Shown here in pieces: positions 10,344 through 19,974 of a stretch of DNA of 64,000 bases. Both the position numbers and the translations under genes were made by a program. The stretch is from an uncultured delta proteobacterium (GTDB taxonomy: Bacteria; Desulfobacterota; Desulfobaccia; Desulfobaccales; 0-14-0-80-60-11). The stretch spans positions 1,408,001-1,472,000 of the forward strand of contig CAWETI010000003.1 of the NCBI GenBank assembly GCA_963812015.1, written 5' to 3'. Below the pieces are notes generated by a model, which was not told where the DNA came from, searched no databases, and saw only the letters and a program-made list of their open reading frames with translations. Every line of letters starts with the position of its first letter. The first letter of the stretch is position 1.

Positions 10344-11237
10344 ATGCGGACCTTTCAGGAGATCAAGGATAATTACCGCTTCTCGGAACTGGAGATTGAG
10401 ATTTTAAAAGGCCTGTTGCCCGTGGTTTCGCCCCACGTCGAGTTGATCGTGTCGGACTTTTACAACCTGTTCCTGCAAATCCATGACACCGCCAAGTTTC
10501 TGGAAGATGAGACCAAGCTGACCTGGCTTCGGGCCCAGCATCAGAATTGGCTGCTGGCCCTGTTTCAGGGGCCCTACGACGAGCGCTACTTTCAGCGCCT
10601 GCAGCGTATCGGCCACGCCCACGTGTGCATCGGCCTGTCGGCCCACTTTGTCTACGTGGGGATGAACCTGGTTCGCCAGCGCCTCCACCAGATCATCGAG
10701 ACCGAGGTGGACCTCCGGCAGCGGGAGGACGCCTTCCGGGCGGTGGAAAAGATCCTGGACCTGAACCTGGACATCATTGCCCGGACCTACCATGAAGAAG
10801 AGATCCGCCGGGTCTTCCTCTCCCAAAAGCTGGATTCGGCGTTGATCAGGTTTTCCCAGCGTTTTACCTTCGGCCTCAACATCCTCCTGGTGGTGGGTCT
10901 CCTGGGCCTGTCTCTGGGGGCGGTGGGCCTCATCGTCCAGGACGTGGTCCACATCTTCCAGGGAAATCTCTCCCATGGCCTGGTGAGCGCCATGGGCTCC
11001 GTGCTGATCCTGTGGGTGGTCATCGAGTTGCTGGACATGGAGATCGACCGCCTCCGGGGTGGCGCCTTCAAGCTCCAACTCTTTGTGGGGTTGGCCCTGG
11101 TGGCCTTTATCCGCAAGGTGCTGGTGACCTCCCTGGCGTCCCATGACCTGTGGAGCGAAGCCCTCTACCTGGCCGGCATCCTGGTGTGCGGGGTGATCTT
11201 CTGGCTGGTGTCCCGGGCGGAAGGGGCCAACAAGTAA
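10344..11237 (+). CDS. Protoglobin (sensor globin) domain fused to PsiE-like membrane domain
   Basis: IVSDFY..WLLALFQGPYDERYFQRLQRIGHAHVCIGL globin; C-terminal 4 TM segments with LVAFIRKVLV. Confidence 0.8.
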   Translation: MRTFQEIKDNYRFSELEIEILKGLLPVVSPHVELIVSDFYNLFLQIHDTAKFLEDETKLTWLRAQHQNWLLALFQGPYDERYFQRLQRIGHAHVCIGLSAHFVYVGMNLVRQRLHQIIETEVDLRQREDAFRAVEKILDLNLDIIARTYHEEEIRRVFLSQKLDSALIRFSQRFTFGLNILLVVGLLGLSLGAVGLIVQDVVHIFQGNLSHGLVSAMGSVLILWVVIELLDMEIDRLRGGAFKLQLFVGLALVAFIRKVLVTSLASHDLWSEALYLAGILVCGVIFWLVSRAEGANK

Positions 11238-11299
11238 GGCCGTTTTCTTGCAGCACCCCGATGTGCGCCCAAAGCGGGAAAACGCGTAAAGGCCATGTT

Positions 11300-12463
11300 T
11301 CAGCCCGGGCCGGGTTCCGGGGTTGACGGGGCGGCAGGGGCTTCGGGCGGGGCGGCGGGGGGAAATTCGTCCACCATTTCCGGCCGATCGGTGAAGCGGT
11401 GCGGCAGCCGGATGGTCACGGTGGTGCCCCGGCCCACCTTGCTGGCCAGGGTGATGACGCCCCGGTGTTCGTCCACGATCTGGCGCACGAACACCATCCC
11501 CAAGCCGGTGCCGCCGATCTTGGTGGTATAAAACGGCACAAAGACCTTCTCCACCACGTCCTGGGGCATCCCTCGGCCGGTATCCTGGATGATCAACACC
11601 GCAAATTGTTGTTCCATGACGGTGCGCACCAGCACGGTCCCTCCCCGGGGGGTGGCCTCCACGGCGTTGCGCACCAGATGGGCCAGGGCCACCTTCAGCA
11701 GGTGCTTGTTGTATCGCCCCATCAACGGCTCATCGCAGAGTTCCGCCACCAGGGCGATGTTCTTGGCCCGGAGTTCCGGCAGGAGAAGTTGCAGTGTGGC
11801 GCGGACGATGGCGTTCAAGTCCTCCTGGGCAAAAAACGAGGTCTTTCTCTGGGCCAGGTTCTCGAAGCGCTCCACCATCTGCTCGATGCGCCGGGCCTCC
11901 TCGGCGATGGCCGTGGCCCAGGCGCGGCTGGGGTCGTCTTCGTCCGTCTTCCGCAAGAGGCGGTGGCTGAAGCCGCCGATGACGTGCAGGGGATTGCGGA
12001 TACCGTGAGCCATCCCCAGAGCCATCTCCGACATGGTGCGCTCCATCACCAGGGCTTCCATTTCCCGGTTGAGGGCCAGGATTTCATGGCTGGTTTCTTC
12101 CAGATGGTGATGATCCGCCTCCATCCGGCGGTACAGCCGCTGAATCCGGTGGAAGAACAGGGTGATGGCCGCAATGGTCACGTAAACGACGGTATCGAAA
12201 CCGCCGAAAATCCGCTGCAACAGCGCCAGGTTGGGAAGATTCCAGTAAGTGATGAGATCATGCAGGGAATGGGAAATCAGGTGGGTGACGGAGAAAATTA
12301 AAAAAGCGATGGCCAGCCAGTTAAGAAAGAGCCACAGGGCATTTTCCGGGTCCTGATCCACCAGTCGGCGGCTCAGGCGCAGGGAGAGGATATTCAAAAT
12401 AAGGACGATCAGAGCGCACAGGTATTCCACGATCCAGACGGGAGCCAGGGGCAGGGAAATCAT
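11300..12463 (-). CDS. Membrane-bound sensor histidine kinase
   Basis: MAHGIRNPL H-box; NAVEA N-box; DTGRGM G1; FYTTK F; GTGLGM G2; 3 N-terminal TMs. Confidence 0.93.
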   Translation of the reverse strand: MISLPLAPVWIVEYLCALIVLILNILSLRLSRRLVDQDPENALWLFLNWLAIAFLIFSVTHLISHSLHDLITYWNLPNLALLQRIFGGFDTVVYVTIAAITLFFHRIQRLYRRMEADHHHLEETSHEILALNREMEALVMERTMSEMALGMAHGIRNPLHVIGGFSHRLLRKTDEDDPSRAWATAIAEEARRIEQMVERFENLAQRKTSFFAQEDLNAIVRATLQLLLPELRAKNIALVAELCDEPLMGRYNKHLLKVALAHLVRNAVEATPRGGTVLVRTVMEQQFAVLIIQDTGRGMPQDVVEKVFVPFYTTKIGGTGLGMVFVRQIVDEHRGVITLASKVGRGTTVTIRLPHRFTDRPEMVDEFPPAAPPEAPAAPSTPEPGPG

Positions 12464-12925
12464 CTACTCAGCTCCCGGTTTGCGGACCAGAGCCTTCAGT
12501 CCCAGGTAAAACATGAAAAAGGCCGGCACTAACAGGATGAAGTGATCGAACTTGGTGATATAGACCAGCCAGGTTTGGAAATCATACATGACGAGCCGCC
12601 GGCCCCAGCCCTGCCCCAGGATGATGGGATTTTCCAGGGTCCAGTCGGCCCAGTGGCCGATAAAGGCGTCCAGGTTCCAGAAGGCTAGAATCGCCCAGGC
12701 CCACGCCAGGAGCCGAAAGCCACGAAAACTTTGCAGATTGGCGTGGAATATTTCATAGATGAAAAAGAGCATGGACAGGCAGAAAAGCAAGTGGGCGGTT
12801 TCGTGGACATAGGAGCCTTCGGTGCCGAATTGGTACCAGGTGACCCATTGGGCCAGAACATACTTGGGCGAGAGGAAGACGAGGACGAAAAGCGCAGGGC
12901 AAACCTTCCATAACTGACGCCGCAT
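12464..12925 (-). CDS. Hypothetical membrane protein, abutting the kinase gene
   Basis: Several TM helices with His residues (HETAH, GHWAD, FDH); stop directly adjacent to kinase ATG. Confidence 0.7.
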   Translation of the reverse strand: MRRQLWKVCPALFVLVFLSPKYVLAQWVTWYQFGTEGSYVHETAHLLFCLSMLFFIYEIFHANLQSFRGFRLLAWAWAILAFWNLDAFIGHWADWTLENPIILGQGWGRRLVMYDFQTWLVYITKFDHFILLVPAFFMFYLGLKALVRKPGAE

Positions 12926-13081
12926 GGGATCAGGCCTCACTTAATCATATTGTGCGCATATTCGGGGGAATTGTCAATCAGAGGCCGATAATTAGTTGCG
13001 AGGCGAAGGTCTAGATCAGGGGAGCGGCAGCCGTATCCCGGTTTCGCCTGCGGTCGGAACCTGAGCCGGCGGCCCCAAGGC

Positions 13082-13975
13082 TTATCCCTGAAACCCCAAG
13101 GAGCGGAGGGCTTTGGGATCTTTGCGCCAGTTTTTCCAGACCTTGACCCAGAGTTCCAAAAATACCTTGGCTCCCAGGAGGTGCTCCATTTTGACCCGGG
13201 CCTCGACGCCGATGGCCTTCAGCATGCGTCCCTGCTTGCCGATGAGGATGCCTTTCTGGGAGTCCCGCTCCACAAAAATCACCGCCCGGATCCTGACCAG
13301 ATGGGGGCGGCGGCTTTCATCGAACTCCTCCACCTGCACCGCCACGGAGTGGGGAATCTCTTCGCTGGTGTGGTGCAGCACCCGTTCCCGGATGAGTTCG
13401 GTTACCAGGAAGCGCTCGGTGGAATCGGTGTCCTGGTCCGGGGGATAGAGGGGCGGCGACCTCGGCAGGCGTTTGAGGATCTCGGCCACCAGTTCCGTCA
13501 GCCCCTCGCCAACCAGGGCGCTCACCGGGATGATGGGCGAGGTGGGAAACAGCTCGTGGTAAGCGCTGATGAGGGGCAGAAGCCGGGGTTTGGCCACGGT
13601 GTCGATCTTGTTGATCGCCACGATCAGGGGCCGCTCCAGTCGCCTCAGGTGGGGCAGGAGGACCCGGTCGTCCGGGGCCGGGGGCCGGGGCTCCACCAGC
13701 CACACCACCACGTCGGCTTCAGCAAGGGCCGTGAGGGCCGCCTGGACCAGGGTGGCATTGAGCGCCCCTTTGGGCTCCAGCACCCCCGGGGTATCCAGGA
13801 ACAGGAGCTGGGCTGCCGGCAGGTTGACGATGCCCAGGAGGCGGTGCCGGGTGGTCTGGGGCTTGGGGGAGGTGATGGCCAGCTTGTCCCCCACCAGCCG
13901 GTTCAGGAGGGTGGACTTGCCCACGTTGGGTACGCCGATGAGCGCAATATAGCCGCATTTGTAGTCTTCAGGCAT
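13082..13975 (-). CDS. era: GTPase Era
   Basis: GVPNVGKSTLLN, KPQTTR, DTPG, NKID; KH domain with GILIGKQG, LELWVKV. Confidence 0.97.
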   Translation of the reverse strand: MPEDYKCGYIALIGVPNVGKSTLLNRLVGDKLAITSPKPQTTRHRLLGIVNLPAAQLLFLDTPGVLEPKGALNATLVQAALTALAEADVVVWLVEPRPPAPDDRVLLPHLRRLERPLIVAINKIDTVAKPRLLPLISAYHELFPTSPIIPVSALVGEGLTELVAEILKRLPRSPPLYPPDQDTDSTERFLVTELIRERVLHHTSEEIPHSVAVQVEEFDESRRPHLVRIRAVIFVERDSQKGILIGKQGRMLKAIGVEARVKMEHLLGAKVFLELWVKVWKNWRKDPKALRSLGFQG

Positions 13976-14140
13976 ACGATTAATATATCAATATGTTCCA
14001 CCTTTTGCAGCTATCTTCGCCAAAGAAAAGCCAGGGCGGGCCCGGACCCCGCCCGGAATTCGGTCCGCTGGGGCTGAGACATGAGGTCCGCCGGGGCCGC
14101 CGGTCCTTACCGGGTCCCCATACTCTTACCCCGGCGCGGT

Positions 14141-14578
14141 TCACTCTGGAGGCGCGCCGGCTCGCTGGGCCTTGGCCTCAACCTTGGTGGTGAATTTCCC
14201 GGCATCGATGACGAAGCGCTCGTGGTATCCCTGGGAAATCAGGTCCGCCCCGTCGTCGGCTTCCAGAAAAAAGGTGAGTTTCCGCCCTTCCACCTTCTCC
14301 AGGAGGCCCCGGACCGTGACCACCAGCCCGGGAGGGGTGGCGGCGGTGTGGCTCAGGTTCACGTGGATGCCCACGGTCTGTTCCCGGGGCCAGTCGAGAT
14401 AGGGGTTGAGCGCCTGGATGCAGGCCCATTCGAAGAGCCCCACCATGTACCCGGTGGCCAATACCCGGGGCATCGCCTGAAATTCCGGGGACTCGGGGTA
14501 GAGATAAGGCACCGTCTTGGTTTCCGGCACCTGAAACTGAAATTCGAATTTCAGACCGGGCTGTAAGGAGTCTTTCAT
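14141..14578 (-). CDS. Fluoroacetyl-CoA thioesterase (FlK)-like hotdog thioesterase
   Basis: VLATGYMVGLFEWAC, TVGIHVNLSHTAATPPG, GYHERFVI. Confidence 0.88.
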   Translation of the reverse strand: MKDSLQPGLKFEFQFQVPETKTVPYLYPESPEFQAMPRVLATGYMVGLFEWACIQALNPYLDWPREQTVGIHVNLSHTAATPPGLVVTVRGLLEKVEGRKLTFFLEADDGADLISQGYHERFVIDAGKFTTKVEAKAQRAGAPPE

Positions 14579-14678
14579 AACCTGTCTCCCAAAAATTTCT
14601 TTTGCTTGCCTGTTAATTTCTGCTAAAAAAGATAATAAGTAAAATTAAATAATCTTATTTAATTGATTAGGATAATTT

Positions 14679-15575
14679 ATGGAATGGCAGCAACTCCTGG
14701 GCTTTTACCAGGTGGTGAAACTGGGGAGTTTCACCCGGGCGGCGGAGGCCACCTTTCGGACTCAGTCGGCCTTGAGTCAGCAGGTCAAGGCCCTGGAGGA
14801 CGAACTGGGAAGCCAACTCCTGGAGCGCCTGGGCAAGCGCCGCCTCAAGCTGACCCCCCCGGGGGAAAAGCTCTTTGCCTTTGCTCAGGGGCTCATGGCC
14901 CAATGGGACCGTCTCGTGGAAGATCTGCGGGCCCTGGATGGCCGGGCCCAGGGACCCTTGAGCCTGGCGGCGCCCTTCACCACCCTCTATCACCTTTTGC
15001 CCGAGGCCATTCTGACTTACCTCAAGGAGTATCCTCAGGTGGAGCTGACCCTGCTGGACCGCGCCCAGGCCGACGTCTTTGCCCTGGTGAAAGCAGGCGA
15101 CGTCGATTTCGGCCTGGCCCTGGAATCCCTGGTCCCCAAGGACCTGGCGGCCCGGCGCTGGCAGCCGGTGGACCCGGTCCTGCTGGCGCCTTTGGGCCAT
15201 CCCCTGACCCGGGTGCGGCGAGTCACCTGGCGCCAGATCGCCCGGTATCCTTTGATTGTGCCGCCCCGGAGCCACGAGTTGGGAGGCCGGCGCCGTCTGG
15301 AAGAGCAGTTCCAGAAATTGGGCCTTGCCTTTCGCATCATCCTGGAATCATCCAACGTGGAATTGAGCGCCCACTACGTGGAAACCGGCCTGGGCCTGGC
15401 CTTCGCCACCCTGGCCCGGGGCCTGTCGCCCTGGCGCAACCTGGCCTTTATTCCCCTCAACCATTATTTCAAATCGGATCATCTGGCCCTGGTGCTGCGC
15501 CGGGACAAGGCCCTGACCCCCTACAAGGAGGCCTTTATTAATCTCCTGTTTGGCGATACAATCATTCCCCAGTAA
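14679..15575 (+). CDS. LysR family transcriptional regulator
   Basis: SFTRAAE..TQSALSQQVKALEDELG..LTPPGE HTH; divergent from thioesterase across an AT-rich spacer. Confidence 0.95.
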   Translation: MEWQQLLGFYQVVKLGSFTRAAEATFRTQSALSQQVKALEDELGSQLLERLGKRRLKLTPPGEKLFAFAQGLMAQWDRLVEDLRALDGRAQGPLSLAAPFTTLYHLLPEAILTYLKEYPQVELTLLDRAQADVFALVKAGDVDFGLALESLVPKDLAARRWQPVDPVLLAPLGHPLTRVRRVTWRQIARYPLIVPPRSHELGGRRRLEEQFQKLGLAFRIILESSNVELSAHYVETGLGLAFATLARGLSPWRNLAFIPLNHYFKSDHLALVLRRDKALTPYKEAFINLLFGDTIIPQ

Positions 15576-15596
15576 AACGGTTTTCGGTTTTCGGTG

Positions 15597-15739
15597 TTGG
15601 GGGAAGGGGCTATGGGCTTTTTCGTAAGTGGCCCCTACCCCTTACCCCCAAACCCCCATCCCCAACCCCTTACAGGGGGTAGGGAGGGGAGTTTGAGGGG
15701 AGGGCGGGGGAAATGACTTCCCCCGGCCCTCCCCTCAAG
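15597..15739. repeat. Dispersed C/G-tract palindromic element, copy B
   Basis: Matches 8633-8740. Confidence 0.8.
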
Positions 15740-15759
15740 ATTAACCAAAGGACAACAGC

Positions 15760-17682
15760 ATGAAACGCCGCATCTATCTCAGCATGAAGTCGTTGGCGGA
15801 GGCCCGGGAGCTCTGGTTGGCCCGGTTTGATCTCGAGGCCATGGCCCAGGCCGAAGAAATCGCCGTGGCGGAGGCTCGGGGCCGGGTGACTGCCGGGCCG
15901 GTGATGGCGAAGCGCTCCTCCCCCGGGGCCCACCAGGCGGCCATGGACGGGTTCGCGGTGGCCGCGGCCGGAACCTTCGGGGCCACGCCGGACCATCCCA
16001 GGCGGATGGCCCTGGGGCAAGAGGCCTTTCCCATCAACACCGGCCATCTCATGCCCCCGGGGACCGATGCGGTGATCATGGTGGAGCAGGTCCCGGACCC
16101 GGAGGCCGACCCCATCACGGTGGAGGGACCCACCTTCCCCTGGCAGCACGTGCGCCGGGTGGGCGAAGATCTGGTAAGGGGGGAAATGGTGCTCCCTGAA
16201 GGGGTGGAGATAACTCCTTGGGCCCAGGGAGCCTTGCTGGCCGCGGGGGTCACCCGGGTGTCGGTGCGCCGCCGGCCCCGGGTAGCCATCATCCCCACCG
16301 GCACCGAGCTGGTGCCGGTGGCGGACCTGGACCGGGAACTGCCCCCCGGCAAGCTGCCGGAGTTCAATTCCGTCATCCTGGCGGGCCTGGTGGCCGAAGC
16401 CGGGGGGCAGCCCAGCGTGAGGCCCATCGTCCCCGATGACCCCGAGGTTCTGGCCGGGGCGTTAAAGGAAGCCGTGGCCGACGCCGATATGGTGCTCATC
16501 AATGCCGGGTCTTCGGCGGGCACCGAGGATTACACCTACCAGGCCATCGATTCCCTGGGAGAAGTGCTGGTGCACGGGGTCTCCATGATGCCGGGCAAAC
16601 CCACGGTATTGGGGGTGGTGGCGGGCAAACCGGTCATCGGCAACCCGGGCTATCCCGTGTCTGCGGTGTTATCCTTCGAGCAGTTCGCGGCGCCCCTCAT
16701 TGCGGGCCTGGCGGGCCGGCGTCTGGTTCCCCGGCCCACCCTGATGGTGCACCCGGCCCAAAACCTGCCGTCCAAGCCCGGCCTGACGGAATTCATCCGG
16801 GTAACCCTGGGCCGGGTGGGCGACAAGGTCATGGCCACCCCACTGCCCCGGGGGGCCGGGACCATCACTTCCCTGGTGCGGGCCGACGGCATGCTCGTCG
16901 TGCCGGCCTTGAGCGAGGGCCTGGAGGAGGACCGGCCGGTCAGCGCCGAGCTGCTGGTGACCCCGGAGGACCTGGAAGGCACCCTGGTGGTGCTGGGCAG
17001 CCATGACAACACCATTGACCTTTTGGCCACCCTGCTGCGCCGCCGGGATCACCGCCTGCGCCTGTCCTCCGGGCACGTGGGGAGCCTGGGAGGCCTGATG
17101 GCCCTGCGCCAGGGCCGGGCCCACCTGGGGGGCAGCCACATGCTGGACCCCGACACCAACACCTACAACGTACCCTTCATCCAGCGCTATCTGGCGGGCG
17201 TGCCCCTGAAGCTCATCAACCTGGCCTGGCGGGAACAGGGCCTGATGGTGGCACCCGGCAATCCCAAGCAGATCAAGGCCATCGGGGACCTGACCCGGGC
17301 CGGGGTGCGGTTCATCAACCGCCAGCGGGGGGCCGGCACCCGGCTCCTGCTGGATTACCTCATCAAGGAAGCCGGGCTTATAGCCGATCAGATTCAAGGC
17401 TACGAGCGGGAGGAGTACACCCACATGGCCGTGGCGGTGAATGTCTTTTCCGGCACCGCCGATGTAGGCCTGGGGATTCTGGCCGCGGCCCGGGCCTTGG
17501 GGCTGGATTTTATCCCCCTGTTGCCGGAGCGCTATGACCTGGTGGTCCCGGAGACCACTTTTGTCGACTCCCGCTTTCAGACCCTCCTGGCGGTGATCCG
17601 CTCCCGGGAATTCCAGGAGGCCGCGGCCGCCCTGGGAGGCTACGACTTGAAGGATTGCGGCGCCATCCTCTGGGAGCAATAA
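15760..17682 (+). CDS. moeA: Molybdopterin molybdenumtransferase MoeA fused to periplasmic-binding-protein (LysR substrate-binding-like) domain
   Basis: AAMDGFAV, INTG..P.GTDAVIMVE, PGKPT, GNPGYPVS; C-terminal GSHD, REQGL, FINRQRGAGTR. Confidence 0.92.
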   Translation: MKRRIYLSMKSLAEARELWLARFDLEAMAQAEEIAVAEARGRVTAGPVMAKRSSPGAHQAAMDGFAVAAAGTFGATPDHPRRMALGQEAFPINTGHLMPPGTDAVIMVEQVPDPEADPITVEGPTFPWQHVRRVGEDLVRGEMVLPEGVEITPWAQGALLAAGVTRVSVRRRPRVAIIPTGTELVPVADLDRELPPGKLPEFNSVILAGLVAEAGGQPSVRPIVPDDPEVLAGALKEAVADADMVLINAGSSAGTEDYTYQAIDSLGEVLVHGVSMMPGKPTVLGVVAGKPVIGNPGYPVSAVLSFEQFAAPLIAGLAGRRLVPRPTLMVHPAQNLPSKPGLTEFIRVTLGRVGDKVMATPLPRGAGTITSLVRADGMLVVPALSEGLEEDRPVSAELLVTPEDLEGTLVVLGSHDNTIDLLATLLRRRDHRLRLSSGHVGSLGGLMALRQGRAHLGGSHMLDPDTNTYNVPFIQRYLAGVPLKLINLAWREQGLMVAPGNPKQIKAIGDLTRAGVRFINRQRGAGTRLLLDYLIKEAGLIADQIQGYEREEYTHMAVAVNVFSGTADVGLGILAAARALGLDFIPLLPERYDLVVPETTFVDSRFQTLLAVIRSREFQEAAAALGGYDLKDCGAILWEQ

Positions 17683-17779
17683 CCTTTTGGGGAGAGACAC
17701 GATAAAGATGGCTGCCTGATTAAGGTGAATCCCCCTAGGCTGACTCTTGAGAGACTGCCTGCGATTTGAGGTTGTGCTC

Positions 17780-18304
17780 ATGCAGAAGATTCTGAGAACC
17801 TTGAAACACGAATTGCTTGAAATCATACCCCCAACAATTTTTTTCTTTGTGGCTTTTAATGTGATCACCTTTACTAAAGGGCTTATGCTGGAGCAATACG
17901 GCATTAAGTTTTCCGGCTTCATCGCTTCCACCCTAGGGGCGTTAATCGTGGCCAAGGTCGTCCTGATCGCGGATAAGATTCCCTTTATAAATAAATACCC
18001 TGATAAACCCCTAATTTATAACGTAGTGTGGAAAACTGTTATCTACGTATTGGTCGCTCTGGTCGTCAGGTTTCTGGAATACCTTATTCCCCTCTGGTGG
18101 CAGTATCGGAACTTGAGCCTGGCTGCCGAGCAGCTCTGGGGGAAAATTATCTGGCCGCATTTCTGGGTGATACACATCTGGCTGGTGTGCCTGTTTTTTG
18201 TCTACGTGTCGTTCCGGGAACTTGCCCGCAGTCTGGGTGAGGCACAATTTTTCAAGATGTTCTTTGGCATCCGGATGTCAACGAATAATGTCCGGACTGA
18301 ATAG
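17780..18304 (+). CDS. Hypothetical membrane protein, lower GC than neighbours
   Basis: 174-aa ORF with about 4 TM helices (PPTIFFFVAF, ALIVAKVVLIAD, WPHFW..IWL). Confidence 0.75.
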   Translation: MQKILRTLKHELLEIIPPTIFFFVAFNVITFTKGLMLEQYGIKFSGFIASTLGALIVAKVVLIADKIPFINKYPDKPLIYNVVWKTVIYVLVALVVRFLEYLIPLWWQYRNLSLAAEQLWGKIIWPHFWVIHIWLVCLFFVYVSFRELARSLGEAQFFKMFFGIRMSTNNVRTE

Positions 18305-18311
18305 CGTTTCG

Positions 18312-18420
18312 GGCCTGACCACCCGGTATAAAGCGTTTCTCCAATTTGATCGGCGGCGTCCTCATGCTGATTATCGGGGTATTGCTCATCGTCAACCCCG
18401 GTTGGCTGATGTTCGGCTGA
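18312..18420 (+). pseudogene. 3' remnant of a membrane protein gene
   Basis: Removing one A at about 18330 gives GLTTRYKRFSNLIGGVLMLIIGVLLIVNPGWLMFG-stop with host-like codons; no 5' part present. Confidence 0.5.
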
Positions 18421-18585
18421 GCCGGTCTCCGGAAATCATGCTATTGTCACAGCTGCGCATGACCGCCGCGGTCCAGTGCCCGGACTGAAGGCAGGATAAT
18501 TCCGGGCCGGTGGGGTGGCTTATCAGGGAGAGAGCGTTTATCATAAACCAATGCCACCCGAAAATCTTGACAAGGAGGGTTGTCC

Positions 18586-19158
18586 ATGGAGTTGAAGGGA
18601 TCCCAAACCGAAAAAAACCTGCTGATCGCCTTTGCCGGGGAGTCCCAGGCCCGGAACCGTTATACCTACTATGCCGGTGAAGCCAAGAAGGCGGGGTATG
18701 AGTATATTGCCGCCATTTTCCTGGAGACCGCCGAAAATGAGAAAGAGCACGCTAAGGTCTTTTTCAAGCACCTGGGGGAAGGCACCGCCGAGATCGTGGC
18801 CGGTTATCCCTTTCACCTGGGGGACACCTTGAGTAATTTACTGGCCGCGGCCGAGGGCGAAAATTACGAATGGACCACCCTGTATCAGAATTTTGGCGAC
18901 GTGGCGGCCCAAGAGAGATTTAAGGAGATCGCCGCCTCTTTCCGGGAGATCGCTAAGGTGGAGCACTTCCACGAGTCCCGGTACCGGGACCTGGCGGAGC
19001 ATGTCAAGAACGGCACCATGTTCAAGCGCTCCGAGCCCGTGACCTGGCACTGCCGCAATTGCGGCTATCTGGTCGAGGGCAAGGATGCCCCGGAGACCTG
19101 CCCATCCTGCAAGCATCCCCGGGCCTATTACGAGGTGCTGGCGGACAATTATCGCTAA
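18586..19158 (+). CDS. rbr: Rubrerythrin
   Basis: AFAGESQARNRY, ENEKEHA, GENYE, EHFHE di-iron motifs; CRNC..CPSC rubredoxin domain; AAGGAGG RBS. Confidence 0.96.
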   Translation: MELKGSQTEKNLLIAFAGESQARNRYTYYAGEAKKAGYEYIAAIFLETAENEKEHAKVFFKHLGEGTAEIVAGYPFHLGDTLSNLLAAAEGENYEWTTLYQNFGDVAAQERFKEIAASFREIAKVEHFHESRYRDLAEHVKNGTMFKRSEPVTWHCRNCGYLVEGKDAPETCPSCKHPRAYYEVLADNYR

Positions 19159-19162
19159 TGGC

Positions 19163-19195
19163 TGGCCCGGCCCCGGTGCCCCGGGCCACTTTTTT
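19163..19195 (+). terminator. Intrinsic terminator after rbr
   Basis: TGGCCCGG..CCGGGCCA stem followed by a T6 tract. Confidence 0.65.
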
Positions 19196-19297
19196 ATCGA
19201 CAATTGGCGGTAATTTCCCCAAAATTTCCTCTACCGGCCCTCATGGGAAAGAAAGACGGGGTAGGGGCCCTAGGGTGGTTCCTCCCAGGAAAGGTGA

Positions 19298-19897
19298 ATG
19301 ATGTACCAGGTTCTGGTCTTGGTGGTCCTGGCCTATCTGTTGGGCTCTATCCCCGCGGGGCTGCTGGTGGCCTGGGCCCTGGGAGAGCCGGACCCCCGCC
19401 GGCAAGGCAGCGGCAATCTGGGGACCGCCAATGTCTATCGCCTGTTGGGCCGTAAGGCCGGGGCTCTCACCTTACTGGGCGATATGGCCAAGGGGGCCCT
19501 GCCGGTGGCCCTGGCGCGGCTGACGCTCAGCCCCCTGGGAACCTGGCAGGATGCGGGCGTAGCCCTGGTGGCGGCCGCCGCGGTTGCCGGCCATGTCTTC
19601 CCGGTGTACCTGAAGTTCAAGGGCGGCAAAGCCGTGGCCACCACCTTCGGCGTCGTGGCCGTGCTGGCCCCCTGGGCCGCCCTCAATCTGGCGGCGGTCT
19701 ATATCCTAGCCCTGACCCAGACCCGAATCTTCTCGGTCAGCGCCCTGATCTGCGCCTGGCTGTTGCCGGTGGCCGTGGGGCTGTTTACCGATTCCAAGGC
19801 TTATCTGCTCCTGGCCGGGGCCCTCTCGGGTCTCATCCTGGTCTGTCACCGGGATAACCTGGAACGTTTCTTTAAGGGAGAAGAACCGCGTCTTTAA
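19298..19897 (+). CDS. plsY: Glycerol-3-phosphate acyltransferase PlsY
   Basis: YLLGSIP, GSGNLGTANV.R, D.AKG, GHVFPV..FKGGKAVAT, HRDNLER. Confidence 0.95.
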   Translation: MMYQVLVLVVLAYLLGSIPAGLLVAWALGEPDPRRQGSGNLGTANVYRLLGRKAGALTLLGDMAKGALPVALARLTLSPLGTWQDAGVALVAAAAVAGHVFPVYLKFKGGKAVATTFGVVAVLAPWAALNLAAVYILALTQTRIFSVSALICAWLLPVAVGLFTDSKAYLLLAGALSGLILVCHRDNLERFFKGEEPRL

Positions 19898-19974
19898 CCG
19901 GCGCAACTCCGGGGCGCCTTAGGGGCTGTTCCGGCCAGGCCCAAACCGCAATTCACACTGAATGGAGAAGGAAC

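Noticed and set aside
18438..18490. VQCPD-TGA reading like a CxxU selenoprotein motif upstream of rbr
   Set aside because: No thioredoxin-like context, no clear RBS or SECIS hairpin; readthrough runs out of frame into rbr
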